Shown piece after piece: positions 12,366 to 24,645 of a stretch of 64,000 nucleotides of DNA. How positions within the stretch are numbered: position 1 is the first letter of the stretch; every line of letters starts with the position of its first letter. Source of the stretch: Styela clava (lineage: Eukaryota); contig NC_135264.1 of the NCBI RefSeq assembly GCF_964204865.1, positions 15,252,001-15,316,000 of the forward strand, read 5' to 3'. The notes beneath the pieces were generated by a model. That model was given only the letters and a program-made list of their open reading frames with translations, searched no databases and was not told the DNA's origin. A program made the position numbers and the translations under genes.

Positions 12366-13104
12366 GAATAAAGAACTGCTGGAGCAAATCCTTTCTAGTG
12401 CGAAGTATGATTAGACACGTTTCGCTCTGGCATGAATACATTTTGTTTATTACATTTCGTTCTTTGTTATTAAATTATTATATTTCCCCGATGTGCTTAT
12501 TTTTGGTTTCATATCGATGGCAGCCCTGCTTATAATACATGATTATACATAGTTCGAATTGATTAAATTCAATACCTCACGCCTATAATTAGCGAGGGGG
12601 CTCTGGAAGTGCGGAGCCCACTGCGACCGCACAGGTCTAATTAACTTTATATTTCGTTCTTTATTCATAATATGTGGAAAATGTGTTCAAATTTAAAAAA
12701 CCGAAGGATTTCTAACCTAAATATCAAAACGAAAAATCTGTTTGGCATCGGAATTTAATTCACGAATAAAAGGTTGCGATGGCCCAACTCGAAACTAATT
12801 AATCAATTTAGTAAGATACCGCCTTTCCATTTTTTCATCTTCAATTTTGGATTTGTTTGTAAACAAACTAGGTTGCCTGGTACTCGACGCAGAGTTTTAT
12901 AGTTGTTGAATTCAAATGATCTTTAGAGCATTTTTTAGCTCATATAGTTTAGGTAGGTGGATAAAGAGACTTTCTTCGAGGATCATCTTCAAGTGTTGGT
13001 GAGTACGAGTAATTATTTCCATTCTAGTTTTGTAATTTTGCATTCGATAGTAAAGGTAGCACGATATCAATCTAACACAATGAAGGAATTGATAAAATTA
13101 GTTA

Positions 13105-13278
13105 TCAAGTCTACGCTTCCAAAAACAAATAACTAGCTAACTAATCCCATACCCGAAATGGACTGGTCGAGACGAGAGGCTGTGGTTAGCCATATGATTA
13201 ATGGGGCATATGATTAATGGGCTTATGGGCTTTTACTCTCTCACGGGATAAATATGTAAATCATAACTATCCTATCCT
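13105..13278 (+). mobile_element. SINE 3' fragment (same site as 3820-3988 in duplication copy 2)
   Basis: Same sequence and flanks as the copy-1 insertion. Confidence 0.8.
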
Positions 13279-13730
13279 AGTTAGTCGCTTGAGCCGCCAT
13301 ACTCGAAATGAGCATTTATTTGAAATGTTTGAAGCGTTTATTTTAACTATCAGTTTTAACATGCATGCAGTTTAAACACCAACCTAAAATGCATGATTGT
13401 TCTTTTCTTGTCATTGTTGTAAAGTGCTTGTCTGAGAAAGTTTGATTTTGGTCAGACGGAACGTTACAGAAATACAGTTGTGTTAGTGTGCAGCAGGACT
13501 CTTGAAGTGCGTTAATTTTAATTAGAAAATTCGTGGAAAATTCAACTATGATTTAAAAATTCACAAACTCTTTTTGATGACAATTTAACATTTCATTCAA
13601 TTGTGTTCATAAATTTGTTTCTCTAAATTATTTTTGAAACCCTTTAAAATGTGGAAAACTATCTGTGTTGAAAACCCTGTTCAACTTCGCTTTAATTGAT
13701 CGAGGTGCTGCCGAGCCTATTAGGTTTGTG

Positions 13731-13945
13731 AGTACTCCCATGGCGTATGTACCAGGTTAGGGTTAGGGCATAATTTTATTCCGATTTTTCCTATTTTAGT
13801 TCTATTTCGAGTTCGGGAACTGTCTGTGTTAGAGAAGTGAATATACCCCCTCGCCCATAGGTTTCAGTCCCTTTACACAACTTATTGTAAAGTAGGCTAA
13901 CAAAACTAGTTACCTTCATATTGGTACACATACTTCTGGATCGCC
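13731..13945 (-). mobile_element. Merlin-like MITE family B
   Basis: Full-length match to the family B consensus. Confidence 0.8.
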
Positions 13946-14212
13946 AGCGAGTACCGTTCTTTTCTTTTTGGTTGTGTATGCAGACTACTAGGTTATTTCC
14001 ACCGTGAAACCGTGCTTCGCATGTTTATTTAACATAGGCTTTTTAGCAGTTACAGGCACAAAAATTTTGGTTATTGTTTTCACGACATGAATTGTTCGCT
14101 CCGCACAAGCTAGCTGTTGCTATTGCAACGTCATAGGCATAGATAAAAAAAATGGACTCAGGTATAGACAATTCATTACTCGCACGTACGAGATTAACTT
14201 AATTAAAAACTT

Positions 14213-14415
14213 GGTTCCATTACATTTGAACCCACGTACATTTGAACCCACGACAATTGCACCAGCATACTATTGCACCTATGGAAATTTTTGGGTTTTA
14301 CGGATATTTGAACCCATACTAACCCTAACCCATGGGTTTCATCACCTGCATATAGATTGAAGCCGCGGATATAAACATGGGTTCAAATGTACGTGTGTTC
14401 AAATGTACGGTAACC
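14213..14415 (+). mobile_element. MITE family C (acatttgaaccca subterminal repeats)
   Basis: GG termini; 9 bp TSD taaaaactt/taaaaactc. Confidence 0.82.
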
Positions 14416-15289
14416 TAAAAACTCGTTTCGCGGGCCCCACAATTTTCCCTTGTGGGACGGAATTTGCTCTGCGGTCCGTAGATTGCATACCCTGCTTTAC
14501 ACCGTTATATATAGCGGTAGAATATCAACTCGGTAACACTTTATTTATAATATTTTTTTATTTATTACTAGTCTACAATCAAGCGCATATTTACAATAGA
14601 AAATTATTCAAACAAATGAAAAAATAGTAAAATCAACTTGACACTACGATATTAATCAATTCATCGAATATTTTTACATCTCAATAAAAAAAATTGAGGA
14701 CCAGAAAACAATATATACACATTTGCCCATATAAAACGGGCGATTAAATGTTGCAATTTGCAACAACATGCTTCTAACCACAGTCCCTGTGGTTAAGGTT
14801 GGGAATAAAAAATTAAACAAAAGTATGCTCTAATAGTTGCAAAAGTAGCTAACAGTAAATAAAATTTATATTTATTAATTCACTTCTATATATGTATTAT
14901 CACAAGCATTAAGTACTATTATACAGCGAACCTAATCGTTTTCAGCTGTTTGGAAATTTCAATTAATTAGTGCTATGTATTATTAACTAATTGCATGATT
15001 ACATACAGTAATAAACTATAAAAATATGAACGAAAAAAAAGGTGGAAAAAAAAGTGGAAAGATTACTATATACAGTGGTACCAATATATTGCCTTGTTAT
15101 CGATATCAATATAATTATAAGAGCTATAAAAATCGTCTTGAAGTGTTTCCGGAATTAACTAGGTTTTTGAAAAACACTATAGGTCATTAGGTGATTTACT
15201 CGATATTAGAAAATCGGTAATTATCTGATATCGGAATACCGATGTCAGCCGATGTTGACTATTATAGGCCATATGCATAGGGGGATATG

Positions 15290-15625
15290 AGATATATATT
15301 TTAACTTGTGGGGAATGTGTTCAAAATTATAAAACTTTTAATCTATAATACAAAAAATTGGGGCAATTTATTCTGATTCGACACTAAAACCTCTATACGA
15401 AAATCCCGTTTGACATTGGAATTTATTCGGCAAAGAGAGACGTCTATTGAAGGTTAAGAAAAGTTGTTTGGTTTCAAGGCAGGGAATTAGATTTGTTAGT
15501 TCTTATGGCAGTTCCTATGGAGGCCGGCACAGTTTTCAATCGTTTTGATTCGCAACTTCTTGAAAGTCCCATTCCCAATTTGCTCTGTATAATTGAGGGT
15601 GGAGGGAGTAACATTGGCGGATAAT
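15290..15625 (+). pseudogene. Third, diverged paralog of the exon at ~3350-3717 / 12670-12999
   Basis: tgtg.g.aatgtgtt...tataaaac and acgaaaat...gtttg.cattggaat are shared. Frame PFDIGIYSAKRDVY*RLRKVVWFQGRELDLLVL. Confidence 0.4.
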
Positions 15626-16489
15626 AAGGCTTAACATTAAACGTTAAACACTCAAGCGATTCTCATCCTGTTGGTCGCGACCGCCAAAGAAGTGGGTCCC
15701 AGGCAATTCAAAAGGTACGGCTGGCAAAATTGTATTTTTATTCTTGTTCTACGGTTAAAAAAACAAAATAAATTTTGTGACATATATCTTCCAGACGGAG
15801 ATAAGAGGCCATTTTGTCTTTTATTAGGGATTAAGGAGAACTGTGGTTCTCAATCAGTGGACGTAGAAAAATTATTGAGGGGGTGCAAATATAATTTAAA
15901 ATAAAAATATTTGTTAGATTGCCCGGTTTATTCTGCATATTAATAAATATGTCAAGTCGGGCGTGAGACTTAACAAATTCTGAACAAAAATGTCCACAGC
16001 TTAAAAAGTTTGAGAACTACTGTAATATAGTGTCATTTGAATTCTTTTACAAAATGACATTTTTTTTTAATTTTTTTTTTATATTTTTTTTTCGTTTTTT
16101 TTATTTTTTTTTTTTTGAAGAATTACTTTATTAACAGATTTGGTAGAAAACGTATGTTAATAAGGTTTTATTTATAAATCTATGCCATGGACAAGGGAGA
16201 AACGCAGGCTACTGTTATTAATTCAATGTGATATTATTTAGTGAAAAATGCGTTTGAAAATATGATGATTCGACATTACCAAAGTTTATTAAGAAATACT
16301 TTGACATAGCTAAGTTGGGCATGGCTAAAGTCTTTGGAAAATTAACTTGAGCATAGATGAAGTTTTAAAAAAAAACTTTATTGTCTTGCAGGTGAACTGG
16401 CAGTAAACATTGGGCATAGACTCTAGTAAAATACTTTGCTTCTAGTTTCGGGAAAGCTTCAATCCTTGTCAATGACTTCTTATTTTGGT

Positions 16490-16609
16490 CTAATTGCGTG
16501 TAATTCTTGGTCCGTTTGAACATCTGGGGCAACTTTCTTCTAATGAAGAAGACGTGATTCCTCGTCGACAACGTAGACAGACATTCGATGCGGTACTGAA
16601 ACAACGAGC
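16490..16609 (-). CDS. Terminal exon completing a RING/B-box-like Cys array
   Basis: ttattttacag| ARCFSTASNVCLRCRRGITSSSLEESCPRCSNGPRITRN*, in frame with the previous exon. Confidence 0.72.
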   Translation of the reverse strand, partial: ARCFSTASNVCLRCRRGITSSSLEESCPRCSNGPRITRN

Positions 16610-16689
16610 CTGTAAAATAAAAATTATAATTTGTTAATCGATTATTTAGTTGAGTGGCGTGAAGCCTTTAATACAGGAGAGGCAGACAC

Positions 16690-16889
16690 AAATAACTGGG
16701 TGAAACCCCGGACCGCAGGTCGGTTACGAGTTCTTCCGCGATCACATTCACGCATCTGAAACAAATTCCTGACTCATTAATCCCATACCCGACACGGACT
16801 GGTAACCAGACGAGAAGAGGAGGTTCGCCATATGATTAAGTTCTTTTTAGACTTTTTTCTTTTGAAATAAATATGTAAATCCTATCCTA
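16690..16889 (+). mobile_element. SINE 3' fragment
   Basis: taatcccatacccgacacggactggtaaccagacgag...tatgtaaatcctatccta. Confidence 0.75.
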
Positions 16890-16971
16890 GCTCGGAGTTT
16901 TGAAGTCAAAAAATTATCAATCCGGTATCTATTGTGAATTTTTCCTCAATTCAGGTATGAATGTAACTTAC

Positions 16972-17067
16972 CACAGCTGGATGTTGACCACATCCTACGC
17001 AGATCCCGCAGTTAGGTGGAACGTTTTCGTGTCTGCCGCATCTTCCACAGTGCCGGCTACAAATGAA
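16972..17067 (-). CDS. Cys-rich internal exon (96 nt, phase 0-0)
   Basis: ctaatctgcag|...gctgtg|gtaagt; FICSRHCGRCGRHENVPPNCGICVGCGQHPAV. Confidence 0.75.
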
Positions 17068-17352
17068 CTGCAGATTAGTCAAATAGAAAGAATGGAACAG
17101 AACTGGAGGTCAGGATAGCCGCAAATTTAATAGAACCCAAATCTTATGTGTCTCAGCTCAGGTGTGAAACACTGACAAATGAAATATATTCGACAGCTTA
17201 TGTTCTTCGAATTCAAATGAAAGACGAAAGTCTACGCTGAAGAGCCAAGTAATTCACATTTCCAATTGATTATTCCAATAATTGTTGCTACTTCAGCGTG
17301 ACGTTTACCACGTTAGCGCTAAAGTAGCACCGAGTTATTTCTTATAGCTTTC

Positions 17353-17587
17353 GGTACCCCCGAAGTATGTGAACCAAGATGGAGGACAACGGAATGTAGT
17401 ATGTGTACCAGGTTAGGGCTAGGCAATATTTAAGGTACGAATACTACAGGAGTCACTTGGCTAGTCCCCGAACTCGTAATAGAACTTAAATAGGGAAAAT
17501 TGGAATAAAAGTATGGCAACACCTTAACCTGGTACACATACTACGTTACCGTGTACGCTATCTTTGTTCACATACTTCGGGAAGACC
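17353..17587. mobile_element. Merlin-like MITE family A
   Basis: TIR ggtac.cccgaagtatgtgaaccaagatgg; imperfect TSD tagctttc/tcgctttt. Confidence 0.85.
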
Positions 17588-17935
17588 TCGCTTTTTTACA
17601 GTATTTCTGCAATCGCTCCTTTTTGCTGTTTGCTGAAGACATCGTTACTCAATAGTACCACTATTACAACGCCGACAAAGATCTTACCAATTCCAAATAA
17701 TCTTAACTATACATGAATCTTTGCATTTACATTTATACATGAATTTGCTTAAACAAATTGGTAAAGTCACTCGACTAAAATAAGTATGAAAGGTGGTTGC
17801 TTCGAATAACAATCATACTTTAATTAATTTGTTTACTTGACCATTAACCAAGTAACCCCTTCGAGACTCGGGTGCTTTTCTCCCGGGTCCTAACAATTAC
17901 ACGCCACTAAGAGTCAATAGAGAGCAAGAACTCAC

Positions 17936-17959
17936 CGGCCTGTTGTCAATCGGGTTGGC
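17936..17959 (-). CDS. 24-nt microexon (ANPIDNRP)
   Basis: tttctgtttcag|gccaacccgattgacaacaggccg|gtgagt; frame preserving. Confidence 0.6.
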
Positions 17960-17970
17960 CTGAAACAGAA

Positions 17971-18318
17971 ATAGGATAGGATAGAATTTACATATTTATC
18001 CCGGGGGAGAGGAAAGGCGATAAGACGGCTTATCCATATGGCGAACCACGGCCTCTCGTCCGGTTAGCATTCCAAGTCGGGTATGGGATTAGTTTTACTG
18101 TATTGTTTGTTTTTCGGAAGCATGGACTTGGTGGTGGAGAAAGCCGTAACCGACCAGCGGTTACGTGAACCACCCAACGACGGCGAGAAGTCCAGCAATC
18201 CTCTCGCACATAACCATCCCTGCATGGGATTCGAACCTGCGAACCCACGCAGAGTAATTAGAGGTGCGGTGGCGAGCGTATTCCTAACGCTTAGCCCGTT
18301 GAGCCACACCGCCGCGCC
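17971..18318 (-). mobile_element. Full-length tRNA-derived SINE
   Basis: 5' ggcgcggcggtgtggctcaacggg (A box), ggttcgaatccc (B box), 3' (ATCCT)n tail; multiple copies in the window. Confidence 0.88.
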
Positions 18319-18481
18319 ATGATATTAATTAGACGTTTCACTAAGTTAGATATGCCTCACATAGACAATTAGAAATGTGAGGTTTCGAAGTGACGCCTGG
18401 AGGGACCCCCACTACACCCGGGGTAGGCAAATGTAATTAGGTAAGCGATGCCGAACCAGAAAGACTTCAACCATACGATTT

Positions 18482-18805
18482 GCATATTTATCCCGGGTGA
18501 GAGGAAAGCCATACGACGACTTAATCATATGGCGAACCGCGGCCTCTCGTCCGGTTACCAGTCCACGTCGGGTGGGGATCAGTTAGCCAGTAAAAATTTT
18601 TCGGAAGCATGGACTTGATGGTGGAGGAAGCTGTAACAGACCAGCGGTTACGTGAACCACCCCTACGGCGCGAGTAGTCCAACTATCCTCTCGCACATAA
18701 CCATCACCGCATGGTATTCGAACCTGCAAACCCGCGCAGGGTAATCAGAGGCGGGGTGGCGAGCGTATTCCTAACGCTTAGCACGATGTGCCACACCGCC
18801 GAGCC
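18482..18805 (-). mobile_element. tRNA-derived SINE, second near full-length copy
   Basis: Collinear with 17971-18318; B box ggttcgaatacc. Confidence 0.88.
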
Positions 18806-20319
18806 AATCATTCCAAATAAAAAGTAACATTTTACATATCACCAGATATTAATGGCTGCCTTTATAGAGGTGCCCTGTTAGAGTGAAAAACAGGAATGAG
18901 TGTTATTATAAAAATTTTACCTTTGGAATGGTACGGCTTTCGTAGATACCAGTGGGGGTCCGTAGATCTGTAATACAAAACTGGTTAAATCAACTGGAAT
19001 TAATCAGTTATAAAACTATAGATGATATGAATAATTAACGCAATATATTAAAGTGGACTTTGAGTGCGATTTTCATGCGGACCATAAATTTAGGTAAAGT
19101 AAGATCGACTAAAAAGTAAATATGCTCACATCTAGTTCTTCTATAGCAGGCTCTTCTTGATCTTCGATGCTAAAATAGGTAAACACCCAACTTAGATAAA
19201 TTCGCTGCACTTGAAGAGTTGTTAAAATTAAATTTTTAGTCTTTTAAGTGAAAGGTTGAATTATTGTGTTTTTGTGGTACTAACTACTTGAGGTCAAACG
19301 CATTCACTCAGAAGCAAAAAAATATATACTCTTAGCAAATTCAGTTAGTGTGCATCAAGACTTTCCAATCAACGAGCCATGTCTATTCTTGCTATCTTTT
19401 CACTTTTAATGGCTATGTCATATGCGCAATATCCTTTGTCTCTGAGTGAGTGGTCCCAGTGGCTCTCGTCACTTAAGTGACCGATTGTTATCTCGCTCAG
19501 AGATCAATATCCTTTACAAAAAATGCACTTGACCTTCCTATTATGAAGTATTTTTAAAAAGGTATTAACATTTCTAAAATATTAAAAAGAATATGTACAC
19601 TTACCTAAACTCTTTGCATATTCTTGTCTTTCTCTCAGGAATGAGGCCTTCCAATAGAAGGAAACGTTTCTTCCTGCTAAACTCTTTCCATTTCCCATTT
19701 GACTCCATTTTTAGTCCAACAAGGTCCGACCTCACTATAGCTCTGCCTTCCTTGTCTCGGATCATTGCCGAAAGAGCGATATGTTTCATTGCATTTCTAT
19801 TATTTCTTCCGGATAAGACCTCCATAAGAATTTTTTAGGAAATCTATCTTACCTCCAAGTATTCTGAATGAAATGAGTATATTGATTGTCATATGCACAA
19901 ACAAGCGTATTGGAAATCTTGAACACGTCATATTTGAGTTTTAAAAATATGACGTAATAATAAAAAGTGACGTCATAAACAGCGACGCTATTATATCGTT
20001 TTAGAACGCGAGTCCAAATATTCCTTTTATTGTCTGAATTTATAAGCTTAAATATTATTACGTAAGCAAGTCTAATACAGGCAAAGCAGAATTATCTTGA
20101 AAGGGTTGATGGTTTGATTATATTGACAAACCTAATAGGTATTTGGTTTATAGTTAAACAATATACAAATACTGTATAAACTTGCATATTTGGATGGGAA
20201 CGTACGGAACTACTTAAATTCACTGCCTATATAAACAAGTTCGGCGTTTGGCGGACCGTAACTAATCTGTACAACAAGTAAAACTATATTTCAACTCAAG
20301 AAATTCTCAAAAAAAATGT

Positions 20320-20563
20320 GATACTCCCGTAGCACGTGAACCAAGATGGCGAACTCCGGAACGTAGTATGTGTATCAGGATCGAATTAGGAATTAATAGG
20401 AATTAATTTTATTCAAATTTTTCTTATTTTAGTTCTATTACGAGTTTGGGGACTAGCCAAGTGACTTCCGTAGTTTTTGTACCTGAAATTATGGCATAAC
20501 CCTAACCTGGTACACATACTACGTTCCGGTGTACGCCATCTTGGTTTACATACTTCAGGCGAA
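20320..20563. mobile_element. Merlin-like MITE family A (opposite orientation)
   Basis: Same TIRs and core as the other copies. Confidence 0.8.
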
Positions 20564-21159
20564 CGTCTGAAAAAATGTTTTGTGTACGACGGACATAAGC
20601 CGCTATCACCATAAGTTGCGCTATAGAGCCACATTTTACTCGCAGTATTTTTGTGAATCCACTACCCGGTAGTTTCCCTAAACGAACACCGAGAAAACTT
20701 ATTGAAACACTTTTGTAACCAGTGAAAGGGTTAAGATGATGGCGTCAATTTTTCTTGAAAAATTGTTGAAAAACCAACCAATGTCAATTGACGCTAGAGT
20801 CAAATCATTTCAACTGAATTTTACGAAACTGGATTTGTTGAAATAAAAACATTTTTACACATAGACAGCAGACAGATTGGCAATATGCGCATAGCGATCT
20901 ATGTATGTTTTACTAAAAGTAAAACCTATAAAGCTAACTTATTTTTGTATCACTCATTTTGTAATACAGCGTCCTTCTTCAGATCTATAATCCTTATCAC
21001 ATAGGGCATTAAGTTTATTCATATGAAACAAATAACTGGATAACTCAACGTTTTCTATACCATACCAGAAATGCAATGCTCATTGGGCGGAAGTATCGAA
21101 AGATAATTTTCATTTCGATTAATCTGAGCTGGAAGTCGGTGTTTTTATCGACTCGGCCG

Positions 21160-21310
21160 TACTTACCGTAACCGCTGCTCAGTTGCGGCTTCCTCCACCA
21201 TCACGTCTGTAACAAATAACTAGCTAACTATTCCCATACCCGACATGAGCTGATAACCGACCGAAAGGCCATGGTTCGCCTTATGATCGAGCCGTCTTAT
21301 CAGTTTTCGT
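21160..21310 (+). mobile_element. SINE 3' fragment
   Basis: cgtaaccgctg...cccatacccgacatg...gccgtcttatc. Confidence 0.7.
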
Positions 21311-21440
21311 TTTCGAAGAATTTATTCTCAACTAAAGCTTGTGTTATCTAATTTACTGCTCGCCGCCAAACCGTTTATGAAATTACGATAATACATCATA
21401 AAAAAAAGATAAGTGAACGAACGACAGTCGTAGATTTTTA

Positions 21441-21669
21441 TGTACTCCCAAGTATGTGAACCAATATGGCTGACACCGGGACGTAGTATGTGTACCAGGT
21501 CAGCGTTAGGCCATAATTTCAGGTATAAATACTACGGGAGTCCCTTGGCTAGTCCCCGAACTCGTAATAGAACTAAAACGCGGAAAATTGGAATCAAATT
21601 ATGGTCTAACCTGGTACACGTACTACGTTCCGGTGTACGCCATCTCCATTTACATACTTCGGGAGTACC
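21441..21669. mobile_element. Merlin-like MITE family A
   Basis: Same TIRs and core. Confidence 0.85.
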
Positions 21670-23629
21670 TATTTTTGTTTTATCTACCGCCTTAGCTTAG
21701 CTTAAACTTGATCGCCGTACACTCTCACCGCATGTGAATCCAGTTCTCCCGAAAAAACGTAAATTCTCGTAATTCGACTAGTGCCTCATATCAGCCTTTT
21801 CTTCTTCTGCACTGTAAGAAAACTCGTACATACTACCTAAATAGCACAGCATCACAAAGCTTGTTCCTCTATTTACATTTTAATTTACATTCACAACTAC
21901 TTTATTATAAATTTTAAGTGGTACTTATCAGTACTATAAGTTATGCACGATGCAAGCAATAGTATTCTTATACAGATTGAATGTAAAAAACCAGCGAATA
22001 GTTCATTTTTTCGAATCACGAGACATTTGCCAACAGATGCGGATGAATAGTTTGAATGGCAATGTGGGACTCGTTATGAATACGCCCCATTTCCACCCAT
22101 TTCCATCGTAACCACAGCGATGCTCACTCGACCAATTTACGCTTTTTTGTTCACACTGTAAAAAAATCACTACGTACCAAAGCATGTAAAATCAGTGGAG
22201 CTTTTTCTTCCATTCACATCTTCAATGCGCAATTATTGTTTTGCATTATAAATTCTAGGTAGCGTAGGTTTTAGCGTCGATTTTACCAGTTTTTATTTGA
22301 TATGCAAGTATAACGAATTGATTGTAAAAAGCAAGTGAATTGGGCCTATTTTTAACAGTGGGGTCACTGTGGTGACATTCAATATATCAATATTTTGATT
22401 CAGAACTGAGAAAGGGTCTGAATACCACCATGTACATTACAAATTACACGCCTCCTATCCGCCTTTGTTTTATTATTACCTAACTACCTGAAAGAATAAA
22501 GAACAGTAAAAACGCTGGAATTGCGTAACAACAAACGTTTTCTGATACTGAATGTTTACAAATGCACCAGCCTGCTGCGACACATAATTATTTACGTAGA
22601 ATACCGCAAAATGGTAACATAATTCCTGTATAATTAGGTGGCCGAACAACAGATCAAATAAAAAAATTAGATTATAAACTGCCACTTTCTCAGAATATCT
22701 ATGGTAACCGCACCGTTCCCCCGCCAATTTCATCACGTTACGTGCGTGACATGAGAATTATTTCGACGAATAATCTTATACCAGGGATTCAAAAACATTC
22801 TATGAAACTTGGATGCTATCGCTGTACCACTCGCGCTCTCATAAATGCAACGAATTGATTGTGAAAAGCCAGTATATTGTTCTCATTTAGTAACAGCATA
22901 ACGAAATATAAAAGTATTTAGACGAGGTAGTTTATAACGTGACGTGGGTTCAGCGTTAGCTTGTTACATACTTTTCAACTTAGCGATCGCTGAAATATCA
23001 ATACGCCACAACAAAATTAGCTCATGTCACATTTTTCAAAAATTGACATTTTTGATCTTCTGTCATTATGGACACTGCATCAATGAGGCATAGTTAAAAT
23101 TGAAATATCCTAACTGAAGAAAACTGGAAAAACTGCAACTGCGATCTTTACAGAATATTATTCGTTTATTTTAGTACTATTTTATTTCATCCTCAGTCAA
23201 AAACCATTGAAACGTAGAATGCCAGCAACATTAGCTCATCATTAGCATACGATTATTCTGAATCATTGTATCCTAAACTTTTTTAACGCTTTGCCTAAAA
23301 GCTGGGCACATCCTTGAATACAAGTTGCCTCCTAAAAAAGCTATACCTCTTATCACAACTATCGCCCACATACTGCTTCATTGAGTCTGATCAGATAATT
23401 GAAGGCAAATTGAATAGCCCCCCAATTTCACTCCTAAATATCCCACTCGCGTTGGTCCAAATCTAAATGATACAAGAAGGGACAAGGCCATTCCTTATTT
23501 CTGACCTTTGACCCCAATAGAAACAGTAAAAACTGCAACCTAACAAAATATTCACGAAAGTCTTTGTAACGTTTACAACGCAATGCCGCGAACAACTGAC
23601 GACTGCTCAGAACAATACAGGGAATTTAA

Positions 23630-24085
23630 CGAATTGCCTTGCGCAAACACGGTGCTACACAAACGAAATTTAAATGAGTATCGTTAATTTAATAAGGGCG
23701 ACTTGGGCAAACTCCGCTGAATGTTTATTCTTATTTAATCTCAATGCCCTCTGGCTAAATTTAGATTTCGCCAAACAAACAAAATTTTAAATAAGTATTG
23801 TTCACTTTTATTATCCTTGTTTTCTTGAACAAAGAGGAAATAATATCTGATAAGTCATTGTAGGCCGACGTAAACGAGTCCCTACTTTCGTAGCTTAGGC
23901 CTGGTTCAATAGGACATCCAAGTTTAGCTATGACTCATACACAAAATATTCTTTTCTCTTTGCTCAAGAAAACAAAGATAAAGAAAATGGAAAATATTTA
24001 TTTAAATTTCGTTTGCACGGCGCCAAGTTTGCGCAAGGCAGTTTGCTTTGTCTTGTTTAATTTCGGGAAATCTAAATTTAGCCAC
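23630..24085. repeat. Nested degenerate inverted repeats (foldback-like)
   Basis: tgccttgcgcaaac / gtttgcgcaaggca; tggctaaatttagatttc / gaaatctaaatttagcca; ttttcttga.caaagag / ctctttgctcaagaaaa. Confidence 0.6.
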
Positions 24086-24254
24086 AAAAGATCATCAAGA
24101 TCAACGCGACAATTTCTTATAAAGTTGCATATGATATTGCTCCTCAAACAAAATATTGCAAAATCGGCGATATTTCAAAATCGGCGAAACCCATAGCGAT
24201 AAAAATAGTTTTCAAAAAATGAATATTTACATGTGTGCTTACTGTTTATTTAAA

Positions 24255-24645
24255 TATTATTATATTATTATTTTAATGGTGCTTATAACTGGCTTAGTTT
24301 TGTGCACCAGGACTGTGATATTAAGCGTTTGGTGCTCAAATGCTTCGACCCGTTACGAGGACGTATTCTATAACAAATGATATAATTCTGGGATTTGTTA
24401 GCAAATTGATAATATTCACGGGGCCTATATTCAGTTCTTTGCAATGATTAAGTAAAATTGATCTTGGGAAGGTATAACGGGGACAATTTAATATTAAATG
24501 TTCGACGGTTTCGTTTTCCGTGCAGGTGTCGCAAAATCCATTTTCGTGGAGTCCAATTTTATGAAGATGAAAGTTCAGACGACAGTGGCCTGTTTGTAGT
24601 CTGAACAATAGTATTTCATATCTTCTAGATAATTATTTATGTTGC
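24255..24645 (-). mobile_element. 5'-truncated non-LTR retrotransposon (I-group-like) ORF2 3' end
   Basis: LFRLQTGHCRLNFHLHKIGLHENGFCDTCTENETVEHLILNCPRY is the RLxTGH...CxxC-ETxxH-xxxxC C-terminal zinc knuckle of I-group LINEs, followed by a short 3' UTR and (TAA)n-like tail. Confidence 0.88.

Larger units (their letters stand above)
10760..13723 (+). pseudogene. More decayed duplicate of the 1590-5434 gene
   Basis: EFAAKFDLYSFV*, IGFGNRSERVSLIK, SPNAPFSLCYYN*, LDLFVNKLGCLVL, EDHLQVL|gtgagt, LIDRGAAEPI|gtttgt. The acceptor equivalent to 4286-4287 is lost (tttaaa). Confidence 0.65.
7215..13790 (+). repeat. Segmental duplication, copy 2
   Basis: Same ordered blocks as 175-4435, with a shared SINE fragment and palindromic-repeat fragment plus copy-specific MITE insertions. 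Confidence 0.92.
16490..19825 (-). pseudogene. Seven-exon death domain + Cys-rich/RING-like zinc-finger gene, disabled in exons 1-2
   Basis: GT-AG exons 19825-19605, 19511-19330, 19169-19130, 18967-18921, 17959-17936, 17067-16972, 16609-16490; phases of exons 2-7 chain correctly. DD-like EYAKSLGY*SLSEITIGHLSDESHWDHSLRDKGYCAYDIAIKSEKIARIDMAR*LESLDAH*LNLLR. One frameshift in exon 1, three stops in exon 2, AATAAA at ~16377-16382. Confidence 0.75.

Noticed and set aside
16365-16604. 79 aa ORF from the track
   Set aside because: Wrong frame; the splice-compatible Cys-rich frame ends at 16490.
18230-18318. tRNA gene
   Set aside because: The A and B boxes belong to a repeated SINE head with a common body and tail; no complete cloverleaf.
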